Part shown: positions 37,513-50,900 of the stretch, one piece after another
How the letters are laid out: every line of letters begins with the position of its first letter
How positions within the stretch are numbered: the first letter of the stretch is position 1
Assembly: GCA_028534125.1 (NCBI GenBank)
Contig: CM052848.1
Location: 9,734,001-9,798,000 of the forward strand
Length of the DNA stretch: 64,000 nucleotides
Direction: 5' to 3'
Origin: Lama glama
Taxonomy: Eukaryota
Notes under the pieces: model-generated
What the model was told of the DNA's origin: nothing
Databases searched by the model: none
The model's input: only the letters and a program-made list of their open reading frames with translations
Program-made: the position numbers and the translations under genes

Positions 37513-39289
37513 GTTGCGGTTGTTTTCTAAGTCTCTAAACCTGAAACACAACATGATTGGTTTCTTAATACATCAGCAAACTGCACCCTACTCTCCAAAT
37601 CCCACCTGACTTTGCAGGCTCCGCCCAACGCCTACCATTTTGGGATCATTGTGGGGAAAATTTTGCCCTGTATCCAGGAGCATCAGGGACTTGTGAACCT
37701 CCATCATTCCCTGAAGACCTAAGACAGAGACAAAAATCTATCAGGACACCTTTTCTTGGTTGGGGGAAGGGGGGAGATTCACCCTTATCACTGACTATCA
37801 GCAGCGGGTCGGAACCAGACCCCAGGCGCTGGAAACAGTGTTTCGCATGAGCAGGGGTCTGGAACGTGGCTTTCCTCTGACCCACCCTCCCAGGTGCCTT
37901 CAGAGTCTGTGATGTGTCTTCCCTCCCGCCCTGGGGCACCGGGGAACCAGAGAGGAGCGGAGCGCCAGTGGAGAATCCTTGCCGGAGAGTGGGGGTGGGC
38001 GGGAGGGACACAACACAGGGAAGCCCCGAGCTGCGGGCTTGGAGACTCAAGACAAAGCAGGCCTCCCCTGAAGCGGGCCAGGGAGGTGGGCTGTGTGCTG
38101 CGTCTGGTGGTATGATGGAGGGGGAGCTCTTGGCAACCGTTGGGGAAATAAACCCTGACATCTCACCGCCGCGATTTTCACCGTTCCTCTCTCCCTCCCA
38201 TGAACATAATCGACTTCCGGCTTGCAAGCATCATTATGGCGTAAAGAGTGTGGGGGTGTGGAGCATAAAAAATATGTTTGGGTCGAATGTCTCTGAGCGC
38301 TAGAGATTCTCCTGAGGAAACGAGCGCCACTGGCTCCTTCTGCCCTGGGAAATTGTGCAGACGAAACCGGGCACTGCAGGTGAAAAATGCTTTGCAGGCG
38401 GAGAATGTTGTACACGCGGGCAGGTTACTTATTATCATTGTGGTTATCCATCAGTTAATCGGTCGAGGCTCCTCCAGAGCAAGCCTGGCTGGCTGTGCAT
38501 GTGATGCAGGGGCCGGTGAGGGGTCCCACGTGTCGTTGGAACTTGTACAGAGGATGCTGAGAGAGTGAGTGAATTTTGCTCAAGAGTCAGCCTCTCCGTT
38601 GCCCACCCCACCGCCTCTCATCACGCCTGCTGAGCCTTGCCTGCCAACCTGCCCCTTTTGTAAGGGACCAGCCCTTCTCAGGACCTGGCTGAAGCCCGCC
38701 CCTCCAAGGATCGCAACACAGGCTGGGTCCAGGCACGACCAGCTGGACCCACGGGACCACCCACTCACTGAAGGGCCTTGGGCAAACCCCGCTGCCCCCT
38801 TCTTTGTTTCATTCACCCATTCCATGCGGTGACAAACAGAAACGCCAACCCAGGGGAAAGCCAAAAGCCAGGGAATATTCATTCTTGCAGACAGATGCTT
38901 CATGGCGGCCAACTTCATCGGGGGCTGATCAGTGTTTTCTGGCTCCCTGGGGCGTCAACTCTCTACAGGCATCTTGCCAATCAGCCCCATGTGGCAAATA
39001 AAAAGCACGTGTACCATCCTGGCCTGATTCCTCCCGCTACCCTGGCTTTGTTAAGGCAGAACACAGGATAATGATGGTATCAGTTGCCAAGCTGTAAGAC
39101 CTCAGTTGAAAAATGCAACATCTTCTCTGCCATGCACTGTCATTGACACATATACATTTATGTGAAAATTCATAAAAATCTGCATGAGCCCTTCACACAC
39201 ACACACACCCCTCCCGATACCAAACCTCCCACCTTCATCTACTCTTGTTCATATCTTTATGCCCAGAGAATAAGATATGTGGGAAAAAG

Positions 39290-39490
39290 AATCTCTTCCT
39301 CAAGAGTCACCAGACCAGACTTGGACTCTGGAGCTGCTGTGTTACTTTAAGCAAGTCACTTAACCTCTCTGAACGTCAGTTTCCCCATCTCTAAACCGAA
39401 GATAATTAACCTAGCCCACAGGGTGGTAATGGACATATGACGGATACACCAGCAGAGTAAAAACATGATGATACCATTGCTAGTGCCTGC
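39290..39490 (+). mobile_element. MIR SINE
   Basis: gcaagtcacttaacctctctgaacgtcagtttccccatct. Confidence 0.75.
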
Positions 39491-40034
39491 CTCTTTCAAA
39501 CAGATCCGTAATTCTCTTAAAACCTGGGGATTTTTATGAAAGCCAAAGAAGAAGAAGTGGCAAAGAAAATAAAAAAGGGAGGACTGTACCATCACAACGT
39601 GGCTTTCTCAGGCCACACGTGGAAACAAGCAAGTCTGTTCTTGTTCGTTGCACTTCAGACCCTGACGTGGCCCTCACAGGGGTGCAGCTTGGAGTAGAGG
39701 CAGCCGCCACCGTCCCAGAGCCAGAGCCACGCAGGAGAAGGCCTGGGCACAGAGGAGAGGGAGATGCTGAGGAGGGGGCACCCTAGGAGCCTCCAGATCC
39801 TTTCTGGGGGGAGAAGAGCTCTCTCCCGACAGAAGCCCCAGCTATTGAAGCCATCCTCTGACCTTCCTGCAGCACTGCTTGTGAGGTGAGCCTAGAGGGG
39901 TGCCAGGTGGCCAGTAGGCACTGCTAACGAGACTCCTTCAGGATGCTGTGACCAGGGACCAATGACAGCTTCTCCACCAACTAGCTTATACTGAACTCCC
40001 TAAGCCAGGGGTTCTGCGCTGCCGAACTGAGCTG

Positions 40035-40540
40035 AAAGTTGTTTCCTTTGGTTCATCCCCCTCCCCTGCCCTCCCCACCATGTGCTGGTCTCTTTCACAC
40101 GTGGTGGCTACTGTGGATTAACTTCTTGAAACTCCATTCCTATCCCATTCCAATGTGCCCTCCTGCACGGAAGGAGTCAGAAAGTTTACATTTCCCAGAC
40201 TTCTCAGCAGCTAGGGTTCAGCGGAAACTGGGGACGTAGGGATCAGACAGAGGCACAGGCAACTCGGATTCTGAACAGAGTTACATGGAGAGAGGGCTCA
40301 GCTGCTTGCAAGTACCAGTTGAGGCAAAAGAGACATGGTCCCTGGACAGCAGCTGCTCAGGAGAGAAGCATCAGTCCCTCTGTGTATTTTGTATGTTCTT
40401 CCTGTTCATTTATTGCACAGCCTTTTTTCCCTCCACCCCAACGATTCTGAAGGCTAGCTCTATCCAGACATAAATCTCCTCCTGCTTAGACAGAGCAGAT
40501 TCTGTTACCTGCAACAAACAGCGTGGACCAATACTGTCAG
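40035..40540 (+). mobile_element. ERVL-type LTR (LTR16/LTR33-like), degenerate
   Basis: tacatttcccagacttctcagcagctagg...taaatctcctcctgctta...ttctgttacctgcaac. Confidence 0.55.
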
Positions 40541-41396
40541 TTACATTCTGCAGACCCCAGAGACAAAACACCCCCTTCAGTGTGCCAGAGAAGCTCTTGG
40601 TCATGATTTTCTTTAAAAAATATAATGTGGCATCAGCAGATTGATATATTATGATATGTCTAGCACCCAGTGTGAAGAAATATAACCAAGACTTCAAAAA
40701 AGCATCATTTGCCTCAGCCCTCAAGTTGAAAATAATTTAGTTTACAGAGGTGAATAGGAAAGAAAAAAAGTCACGGAAGTGAAGGGTTGTGCAAAACGGC
40801 ATCTGAAAAGGCTGGTTTTCATTTACCTTTTGTGTGACGTGGGCATTCAGGCTGCACACGTAGATATCCATCGCCTTTCACAGATGAAAATTCACTATTC
40901 TAACAGGAGAGAGCTGCAAATTATTTAGGCTGTCACATCAGACATCCACATTTGTGTTATCTCCAGAGCTAATACCACGTTTACCATCATCTGTTATTAT
41001 TTCTGTTAAGAATGTGCACACAGTTTCTTCTGCTGCCAACACTACCCACAGGAGTAAAACAAGTGATCTGAAATCAGTTTTGTAAGATTCTTCCTTGATA
41101 TTTTTAGGAAAAGGCATTTGAATTTTGAAGTTGTGTAAGACAGTCTGCTGTCGGGCAGGGAAGGGAGCCTGCTCGCCTGAGAGCCATCTCGGCATGGAAA
41201 AAAGGGTTCTATCCTCAGGCTGCCTGCATCAGCCCTGGCAACGCTGACGCACAGAGTGTTATTGGAAAAGGTAACCTGAGTAAACTCAGCGCTTGGGTCT
41301 CTGAACCACAAGGATGACATGCGCCCTGGAGAGCCTTTCCATCTGTAACCCTCCGTCTTTGATGAACGTGATGTCACAGATGAGAAGATGAGGCAA

Positions 41397-41860
41397 ATAA
41401 AAAAGAATGAAATAATGCCATTCGCAGCAACATGGATGGACCTAGAGATGATCACACTAAGTGAAGTCAGTCAGGCAGCGAAAGACAAATACCATATGAT
41501 ATCACTCATTACGTGGAATCCAAAAAAAGGAAAATGATACAAATTTTATTTACAAACCAGAGAGAGACTCACAGACATAGGAAACAAACTATGGTTACCA
41601 AAAGGGAAAGGGGTTGGGGAGAAAGGATAAATTAGGAGTTTGGGACTAACAGATACACACTACTCTATATAAAATAGATAAACAACAAGGACCTACTGTA
41701 TGGCATAGGAAACTATATTCAGTTTTTTGTAATAAGCTATAATGGAAAAATCTGAAAAAATACATATGTATGTATATGTATAACTGAACACTTTGCTGTA
41801 CACCTGAAACTAACATTGTAAATCAACTACACTTCAATAAAAAATAAACTGAAAAAAGAA
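41397..41860 (+). mobile_element. Cetartiodactyl L1 3' end, 5'-truncated
   Basis: gaatgaaataatgccattcgcagcaacatggatggacctagag...aataaa tail. TSD aagatgaggcaa (41385-41396) versus aagaggaggcaa (41861-41872). Confidence 0.92.
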
Positions 41861-43235
41861 AAGAGGAGGCAACTGTGGGATTGGGGACAGAGAGCTGTCT
41901 ATTCAGAATGAATCAAGAGAGAAGAAATAATGACTTCCTCTTTGCAAACTTAACTGGTCTGACCGATTGAAAACTGGATGAAATTCTGCTTACGGTTAGG
42001 AATTTAATATTAAAAACCGCCTCGCCACTAACAATCATAACAGAAAATTACCATATGGAAAAGTTATCAACGTGTCCTTTTTTGGAAGCAGGAAATCACA
42101 GCAATATTTTTAAGCATTAAAAAAAAATCCATTAAACATGTTTCTGGGCATTTTTCCTCCCTTTGGGGTGAGACAGCATCCCCATTAGCAACAGGGTAAA
42201 CTACACATGTTCTCAGAAGGGGCAGAGGGCTAATTGCAGATGAAGGATGTAAATTCGGCTCAAGAGCCCAGGCCCGGCTCCCATGCCCGCACCAGCCTGT
42301 TCCGATTGGTTCAGGCACTCATAAGGAAGCATTACTTCTTTATTCCAGAAGCCTCAGTGGGTAGCCAGGCCCCACACGTATAATTTCCCAGCAGTTACTG
42401 TAACCTTCTCCTAGGTCCAACTGTTCAGGAGTGGGAGATGCAGGCAGTTATGGGGGGGTGTCGTGTCAGGACTGAAGTCCAACTTCATTTTTTAAAATGG
42501 ACCTTTTCTTATTTTCTTTCTCTGGCTACAGTGTGCAGTGGATGGCTTTGATGTATCTTTTCAACAATCATAGATGAAGGGTCAAGGTGTGATACTTAGT
42601 AATTGCTTAATGGGGTATCAGTCAAAGGAGAGAGGCTCCTGGGGGCGAGAAGCGGGGGATGAAGGCACACACCCGAGGCCTGCTCCATCCCCACCAGAGG
42701 AGCACAAGGGGGGGGCGGGGTTGCTGGGGGAATGGTGCGCTCTGCTCCTCAGTTCTAGTCAAATGAACTGAATTTGAATGTGTGTGAAATTTCCCTGTTC
42801 TTTCCCCCATGAGGCTCCAAATGCAGCTGGGAGAAATCTGGGGAGCAGAAACAGGAGAGGACCCGTAGCGGGGTTCCGAGTGGAAACGTCCCCCAGCTGT
42901 AGCTCAGAACAGATAGCAGGTAATTGACGTCTGATGGCAAAGTCCTGCCCTGAAAGCCAGCGTCCCAACCCCAGGTACCAGCTGGGGATGCTGTGCTTGG
43001 AACCAAGAACAGAGCCTGGGCCACAATTCAGTCCCAAATGCCTCTTCCTGGGGCCAGGCACCCCAGGCTTCCAGGCTCCCCAAACAAACCTGACATCCTA
43101 TGTCAGTGATTCCGTAATCACCATGCAGAAGGATCTTCCAAGCTGAATACAGGCTGCTCTCAGTCCCTTTATTTCTTTCTGTTGAGAATTCAGCAAGCAT
43201 TTTATGAAAAAATAAAATTTTAAGAAGAGAAGGGT

Positions 43236-43405
43236 ACACAGGGAACTATATTCAATAACTTGTAGTAACCTATGTTGAATAAGAATATGAAAACGAATAT
43301 AGGTATGTTCCTATACGACTGAAGTATTGTGCTGTACCCCAGAAACTGACACAGCATTGTAAACTGACTATACTTCAATAAAAATATATTTTTTTTTAAA
43401 AAAAT
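43236..43405 (+). mobile_element. Short camelid-type L1 3' end
   Basis: cacagggaactatattcaataacttgtagtaacctat...cattgtaaactgactatacttcaataaa. Degenerate TSD aagagaagggt/aagagaatgtt. Confidence 0.85.
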
Positions 43406-43672
43406 AAGAGAATGTTGGGGAGGGAAGGGGACAGGAAGGAAGAGAAAGGACAAATATTGCTTCCTTTTGCCACCAGCACCTGTCCCCTGCCTTCAGGATA
43501 GGTTAAGTCACCTGTATACTTTGATGATAGACCAGTGGGGACTCCTCTGGTTCTGACACTTCTGAACAGGTGGAGGAAATTCCCATCTCTGCCCACCGCA
43601 ATCTCAGGAAGCTGCCATAAAGAAATGAAGGAAACCAAGGTGTTCGGCATTGATTTTTAAAAATATATGTGC

Positions 43673-44945
43673 AACACCCATTAGGATGGCTGTTATTAAA
43701 TAATAATAATAATAATGAGTAGCACTGATTAGAATGTGGAGAAACTAGAACCCTTGTGCGTTGCTGGTAGGAGTGTGAGGTGGTACTGTTGCTGTGGGAA
43801 ACAGCCTGGTGGTTCCTCAAAAACTTAACTGTAGAATGAACACATGATCCAGCAATTCCACTTCTGGGTATGGATGCAAAAGAAGCAAAAAAAGGTCTCC
43901 AAAAGATATCTGTACACCCACGTTTCCAGCAACACTCTTCACAATAGCCAAATGTGGAAGCAACCCAACTGTCCACTGATAAGGAACAGGTCTATCCATG
44001 CAATGGAAATTTTTTTTTCATTTTTTTATTGAAGTGTAGTTATTTTACAATGTTAGTTTCAGGTGTTCAGCAAAATGATTCAGTTATACATATATATGCA
44101 CATACATATATATTTTTTCAGTTTCTTTTCCATTATGGCTTATTATAAGAAATTGAATATAGTTCCCTGTGCTATACAGTAAGTCCTTGTTGTTTATCTA
44201 CTTTATATATAGTAATGTGTACCTGTTAATCCCAAACTCCTAATCCATTCCCCCCACCCCCAGTAACCACAGTTTGTTTTCTATGTCCAAGAGTCTATTT
44301 CTGGTTTGTAAATAAAATTTGTATCTTTTTTTTTAGATTCCACATATAAGTGACATCATATGATATTGTCTTTCTCTGTCTGACTTACTTCACNNNNNNN
44401 NNNNNNNNNNNNNNNNNNNNNNNNNNNNNNNNNNNNNNNNNNNNNNNNNNNNNNNNNNNNNNNNNNNNNNNNNNNNNNNNNNNNNNNNNNNNNNNNNNNN
44501 NNNNNNNNNNNNNNNNNNNNNNNNNNNNNNNNNNNNNNNNNNNNNNNNNNNNNNNNNNNNNNCTGCAGTGCACATTGGGGTGCACGTATCTTTTAGAATT
44601 ACAGTTTTCATCTTTTCTGGATCTATGTCCATGAATGGGATTGCTGGATCATACGGTGAAACTCTATGCTGTACCAATTTATATTCCCACCAACAGTGTA
44701 GGAGGGTTCTTTTTTCTCCATACCCTCTCCAGCATTTATTATTTGTAGACCTTTTAATGAATATTCATGCCATGGAATATTTTTCAACCTTAAAAAGGAA
44801 GGAAATTCTGACACATGCTGCAACTTAGATGAGCCTTAAAGACATTATGCTAAGTGAAATAAGCCTGTCATAAAAAGACAAATATGAGACACCTAGAACC
44901 CTCAGACTCATAGAGCAGAATACAGAATGGTGGTTACCAGCAGCC
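43673..44945 (+). mobile_element. Old L1MB 3' end, split by a younger antisense L1
   Basis: gatccagcaattccacttctgggtat...tcacaatagcca; resumes at 44761 with atggaatatt...aaaaggaaggaaattctgacacatgct. Confidence 0.85.
44010..44760 (-). mobile_element. Cetartiodactyl L1 3' end nested in L1MB (contains N-run 44394-44562)
   Basis: ttgaagtgtagttattttacaatgtt... Duplicated target tatccatgcaatggaa (43993) versus tattcatgccatggaa (44762). Confidence 0.9.
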
Positions 44946-46777
44946 AAGTGGGGGGCAACCCAATAGCTCTTGNNNNNNNNNNNNNNNNNNNNNNNNNNNN
45001 NNNNNNNNNNNNNNNNNNNNNNNNNNNNNNNNNNNNNNNNNNNNNNNNNNNNNNNNNNNNNNNNNNNNNNNNNNNNNNNNNNNNNNNNNNNNNNNNNNNN
45101 NNNNNNNNNNNNNNNNNNNNNNNNNNNNNNNNNNNNNNNNNNNNNNNNNNNNNNNNNNNNNNACCCTTTGCATCTGGATTTGGAAGGAATCCTTTAGCTG
45201 GGTCACTGACCCCTGGTTCATTCCCTTTCCCGGCTAAGGAGGAGCAGAAGGGTGCAGGATGTCACAGGCCTGACGGTGAGCCAAGGGGCCCCTCCAGCAC
45301 AGAACAGAAAGGCATAACCTCCCACCATCCCTTTTACAGACTCAGAGAAGTTAAGGAACCTGCCCAGTGACCTAGGTACTGAGTGAAGCCAGGTTGGTCT
45401 GCTTCAGAAGCTCTTGATCTTGCCTTGGGCTGTATTTGTCCCCTCCTGCAAAATATATCACCGCCCCCACCCCACCCCGGAATCCTCTTGCAGAGGGACC
45501 CGCTTCTCACCATTGGCATCATCTCCTTAAGGGCTTCCTGAGCTCAACTGCCTTGTGACTGAATCACTAGTCTGTGTGACTACAGGCCCCAAGTTGTGCA
45601 GTCCACAACCTGCTCAGCTGAATGCCAGAGCCCTCCTCAACTCTGTGTTACTTAAAAAAAGTAACGCAATAGCTACCCAACATGTTAACAGGATTCTTTT
45701 ACTGCAGAGACCTCTTCTCTGGTAGAAAACAGGGCTCGCCTTAAATGGGAGGCTCAGAGACATCAGTGCCTGCTTTTAGATCCCACACGAAACACCCCAA
45801 GGGGCCCCTGGTGCCCCTTGGCTCTCCCCCCACCCCCACTTGCTTTTGTTTGACTCAATAATAACAAAAGCTGGATGGATGTGCTGCTTCAGGGATTTCT
45901 CAATTCATTCATTTGCTTTCAACACAATTTCCAAAAGTTCACGATCTGCCAAAATCTGAGCATTAGCAAATCTGAACCTGGGCTGCCCTGATGACCTCAG
46001 ATGATTCTGATGGTGACACGTGTGGAACCAGACGGGAAGGGGCCATGGCTGGACCACAGCTCCTCTTAAAAGGGTAACGAACCTCCCTGGAGACCAGCAA
46101 GGAGATAGACACTCTGGAGATTCATGGGCTGGGAAGGTCGGGTGGGCTGATGGCGCCAAGGCCCCCTAGTCCCAGGGGCTCAAGAGGGAGGGAGGGAGGT
46201 GATGGATAAGTAGCCTGGGTGGGCGGGGGCAGCTGTCCCCAAGGGAATCAGGGACCAGAACTCGGGGAGGCTGAGTGCATTAGTCACGTACAACTCCTGA
46301 CCCATCCTCGTGTGCTGCGGACGTGGGAGGTGAGATTGGGAAATCACTCCACCTCTCCAGGCCTCCATTTCCGCATCAACAAAAGGCGAAACACCTACCT
46401 CAGGAGGCTGCTGTGAGTGTTTGGTGAGTGTGAACAGAACATCCAGCACATGGGAAGAACTTGAGTTCTTAAAACGCTGTCCCTCTCCCACAACCAGCAG
46501 CCAAGTGTGTGGTGCTTTCGGCCCTGTACTGCCCGTGGGCTGGGAGGAGAGGAAGTCAGCCCGTGACACTCTGACCCTGAGATGCTGGAACAGGGCACTG
46601 AGCAAACTAGAATCCTCGGCTCAGTGTCTGGGATGAAAAATGTGAGCTCTAGTTCACTCGAAACCCCTGAGAGAGTGTGGGATTTTTTTTCCCCTCTTCT
46701 TCCAATAGGGTATTATCTTCTCCCTGAAACATCCTTTCTGCTAACCAGTTCAGGAAAGCTAAAACAGTCCTTACCTT

Positions 46778-46835
46778 AAAAAAAAAAAAAAAAGAAGGAA
46801 GGAAGGAAGGAAGAAAAGCAAGCAAGCAAGCAAGC
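46778..46835. repeat. Compound simple repeat (A)16-(GGAA)n-(AGCA)n
   Basis: Directly visible in the sequence. Confidence 0.95.
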
Positions 46836-47239
46836 TGTTAAAATAAAATGTTTTTCTCTCAGACACAGTACAGCTTACAGCCCAAAGCACATGAGGTTTA
46901 ATTTAAGATGAGACATTTAAGTATGAGGTGCAGCAGAGAAAGGCTGTGAATTCTGCACATGTTGGATGTCACCCTCCCACTGCCTCAGTTAGGACTCAGG
47001 AAGTTTCCTTTGCCAAGTAGGTGAAGGGGATGTAGAAGGCTGGACTTACCTACCTGGGAGCCACCCACCTGGGAGCCATTGGCCCATGGAATGGACAGGA
47101 CCCCAGCCACGAGGCTGGGAGGTAGATAGAGGGGAGACGTGGGGCCCAGGCTGGGGAGGCATAGTTGGTTTCTGTTCCAACATCCAAAATAACCTTAATT
47201 GATACAACAACTCTAAGGCACTGGGCTATAAAAATTGAA

Positions 47240-47435
47240 TATCATATACTCAATTATATATATTAAAAATATATAAATATATATTCATATATTAAATATA
47301 TGTATATAAAATGTACAAATATATGTATATATCTATACATAAAATACATATGCATATAAAATAAAAATAAAATACATATATAACAACACATGTATGAAAT
47401 ATACATGTATACTTGTAAATATTTTTTTACATACA
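47240..47435. repeat. AT-rich low-complexity (TA)n-like tract
   Basis: Directly visible in the sequence. Confidence 0.9.
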
Positions 47436-48756
47436 CGCTCATATCAATGAGGAAGGAAAAGTCCCTTCTGGCCATAGGACCCTGGGACAACCTCTTGGTA
47501 GCATAATAAGCAAGACCTCAGGGGACAGGGAGGGTTTCAGGCAAGCGGGGAGGGAAAGGCGAAAGCAGAATGTGGTGTGAGGATAGCACAGATCACGTCC
47601 AGGGAATGCCGTGGAAAGAATATGGAAAACAGACCAGAGAGCTAGGTTGCGGTTGGGTTAAGATGAGTCCTGAGAAGGCCAAGGAGCATGGACTTGGTTT
47701 GGCGGCCCCTGGAAAAGTGCTGACGTGGAGACCAGGTGGTTATAGCGTCAGAGCCGTGTGGCGGCATAGCCACCAACAGGCTGTCTAATCCTCGCTGGGT
47801 GGCAGGGAGTTGCAGGCAGTCTTGGGGGAGCAGCCAGGAGATGGGGGGCAGTGGAGGGCTCAAGGAAGTGGCTGTACCCATGAGCACTGGCTGGATATCA
47901 GGCCTGTCACGGGCTCTCTAAACCCACACCCTGGGGCATATGTGTCAATTTCCCCAAGATGACCTGCTTCACTGATTATTGGGTTTCTTTGCAGGACTTT
48001 GGGTTTCATCTTCTTTCATATAGCCCTCTTGCGAAATCTCCTGCATGGAGTTCAGGGCATGGAGTTTTGAAGCCCTTCCTTGGGTTACAACTCTTTGCTT
48101 CACAAGTCATATTCTGTAGTTGCTTCCGGCCAGTTAGAATGCTAGCGTACGTTTCCGATTAGGGCTGGACTGCAGAAGAGAGAGACAAGGGGCACGAGCA
48201 GGAAGACAGGAGTGAACAAAACCCCAGGAGACAAGCATCTCCTCGTGGTTGGTTATTGAATGACACGGGAAGACAAGAGAGAAAGCACTGAAAGGCAGAT
48301 TTCAGCTCTCAGCATAGGTAACCGGCCGAAAAGCTCCATTAATAGGACTAGGGAAGTTGGGGGAATGAGCTGGGGTAGGGAAACAGGGAAAAAGAGAAAT
48401 CTAACTGGCTTAAGTGGGGGGCATCCAAATGGAAGTATCGGTGAGCCATTGGCCCTGGGGGAGTAGAGCTGGGAGAAACTGTCAGGACCAGAGATAAAGA
48501 CTTGACAGACTTTGGAGTAAGAACCACAGGACTGGATTCTCCTGGGAAGGAAAGAGCAAAATGTCCAAGATAGAACCTTGGGGACCCCCTCACTTCTGGG
48601 GCAGCAGGAAGAACAAAGGAAGAAGGAAGGGGGAGGGGTGTGGTGGGGAGGAGGAGGTAGGTCAGGGCCTTGGTGTGAATGAGCCATGATACTGAATGAA
48701 TGGATGAGGCTTCGAGAACAAAGAACCCGTCAGATTTAATACTCTTAATGAACTTT

Positions 48757-50900
48757 TTCAATTTTGGTAACAATTTTATTCAGCTGCAACTCACATATAA
48801 TACAATTTACCCATTTATAGTGTACAGTTCAGTGCTTTTTAGTGTATTCACAGTTACACAGTCATCAACACAATCCATTTTAGAACATTTCATTGCCCCC
48901 AAAACCTATACCCTTTAGCCAACACATCCCAAACCCATATACCCCCAACAATAGGCAACTACTATCTACTTTCCATCTCTAAAATTTGCCTCTTCTGGGG
49001 TTTCGTATAAATGGAATCCTCAGTGATTAGTCTTTGGTGACTGCCTTCTTTCATTAAGCATAATGTTTTCAAAGTTCAACCATGCGGTATGTAATAGCAC
49101 TTCATTCCTTGTTACGGCCATATATACTCCATTGTACGGATAGACCACATTTTGTGAAGTCATTCATCAGTGGATGCACATTTGGGTTGTTTCCTATCTG
49201 GGGCTATTATGAATAATCCTGCTATAGACATTCATGTACAAGGTGTTGTGTGCACATTTGTGTTCATTTCTCTTNNNNNNNNNNNNNNNNNNNNNNNNNN
49301 NNNNNNNNNNNNNNNNNNNNNNNNNNNNNNNNNNNNNNNNNNNNNNNNNNNNNNNNNNNNNNNNNNNNNNNNNNNNNNNNNNNNNNNNNNNNNNNNNNNN
49401 NNNNNNNNNNNNNNTGTTTGTTTTCATTTTTTGTTTTGTCTTAAAAAATAATAGCCAACCTAGCGTGTGTGAAGTGGTATCTCCTCGTGGCTTTAATTTG
49501 CATTTCCTCAACGACTCCAGATGTTGAATGCCTTTTCATGTACTTATTGGCCATGCATTTATCTTCTTTGAAGAAAAATCTATTCTGATCATTTGCCCAC
49601 TTAAAAAACTGGGTATTAACAAGAAGAAAACCTACGGAATGGGAGAAAATTTTTGCAAGTGAAACCGACAAAGGCTTGATCTCCAAAATATATAAGCAGC
49701 TCATAGGACTCAATAAGAAAAAAATAAACAACCCAATCCAAAAATGGGCAGAAGACCTAAACANNNNNNNNNNNNNNNNNNNNNNNNNNNNNNNNNNNNN
49801 NNNNNNNNNNNNNNNNNNNNNNNNNNNNNNNNNNNNNNNNNNNNNNNNNNNNNNNNNNNNNNNNNNNNNNNNNNNNNNNNNNNNNNNNNNNNNNNNNNNN
49901 NNNNNNNNNNNNNNNNNNNNNNNNNNNNNNNNNNNNNNNNNNNNNNNNNNNNNNNNNNNNNNNNNNNNNNNNNNNNNNNNNNNNNNNNNNNNNNNNNNNN
50001 NNNNNNNNNNNNNNNNNNNNNNNNNNNNNNNNNNNNNNNNNNNNNNNNNNNNNNNNNNNNNNNNNNNNNNNNNNNNNNNNNNNNNNNNNNNNNNNNNNNN
50101 NNNNNNNNNNNNNNNNNNNNNNNNNNNNNNNNNNNNNNNNNNNNNNNNNNNNNNNNNNNNNNNNNNNNNNNNNNNNNNNNNNNNNNNNNNNNNNNNNNNN
50201 NNNNNNNNNNNNNNNNNNNNNNNNNNNNNNNNNNNNNNNNNNNNNNNNNNNNNNNNNNNNNNNAAATCACAGAGAAAAAAATGTGACAATGAGTGTGTAT
50301 ATGTCCATGAATGACTGAAAAATTGTGCTGAACACTGGAATTTGACACAACATTGTAAAATGATTATAAATCAATAAAAAATGTTAAAAAAAACTGGGTA
50401 TTTGTCTTTTATTATTGAATTGTAAAAGCTTTTTAAAAATAAATTCCAGATACAAGTCCCTTACCAGATATATGATTTGCATATATTTTCTCCCATTCTG
50501 TGGGTTACCCTTTTACTTTTGTGATAGTATCACCATAAGTGTTTACTTTTGATGGAGTCCAACTTGTCTATTTCCCTCCCTTTGGTTGTTTGTACTTTTG
50601 GTGTCATATCTAAGGATCCTTTGACAAATCCAAGGTCATGAAAATTTACCCCTATGTTTTCTTCTAAGAGTTGCATAGTTGAACTCTCACATTTATGCAT
50701 TTGATCCATTTCAGGTCAATATTTTATATGGTGTGAGGTAGGGGTCCAACTTCATTCTTTTGGGTATTGCTATCCCATTGTCCCAGCATGATTTGTTGTA
50801 AAAGACTATTCTATTTCCATTGACTGGCTGGCCTTGGCATCCTTGTCAAAATCAGTTGACTATAATTGTGAGGGTTTCTTTCTAAGCTCTCAATTCTATT
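48757..50900 (-). mobile_element. Old L1MB (ORF2 end and 3' UTR), split by a young L1
   Basis: catataatacaatttaccca...tttgggttgtttcc...gtgaagtggtatctc; continues after 50402 with tattttctcccattctgtggg...ggtgtgaggtaggggtccaacttc. Confidence 0.88.
49618..50387 (+). mobile_element. Young 5'-truncated camelid-type L1 (ORF2 C-terminal remnant and 3' UTR; N-run 49764-50263)
   Basis: An open frame from 49619 reads [48 protein letters not shown] (L1 ORF2). Perfect 15-bp TSD AAAAAACTGGGTATT at 49603-49617 and 50388-50402, at a TT/AAAA target. Confidence 0.95.

Noticed and set aside
49441-50348. ORFs of 180-282 aa
   Set aside because: They are inflated by a 500-N run. The only real coding signal is the L1 ORF2 remnant.
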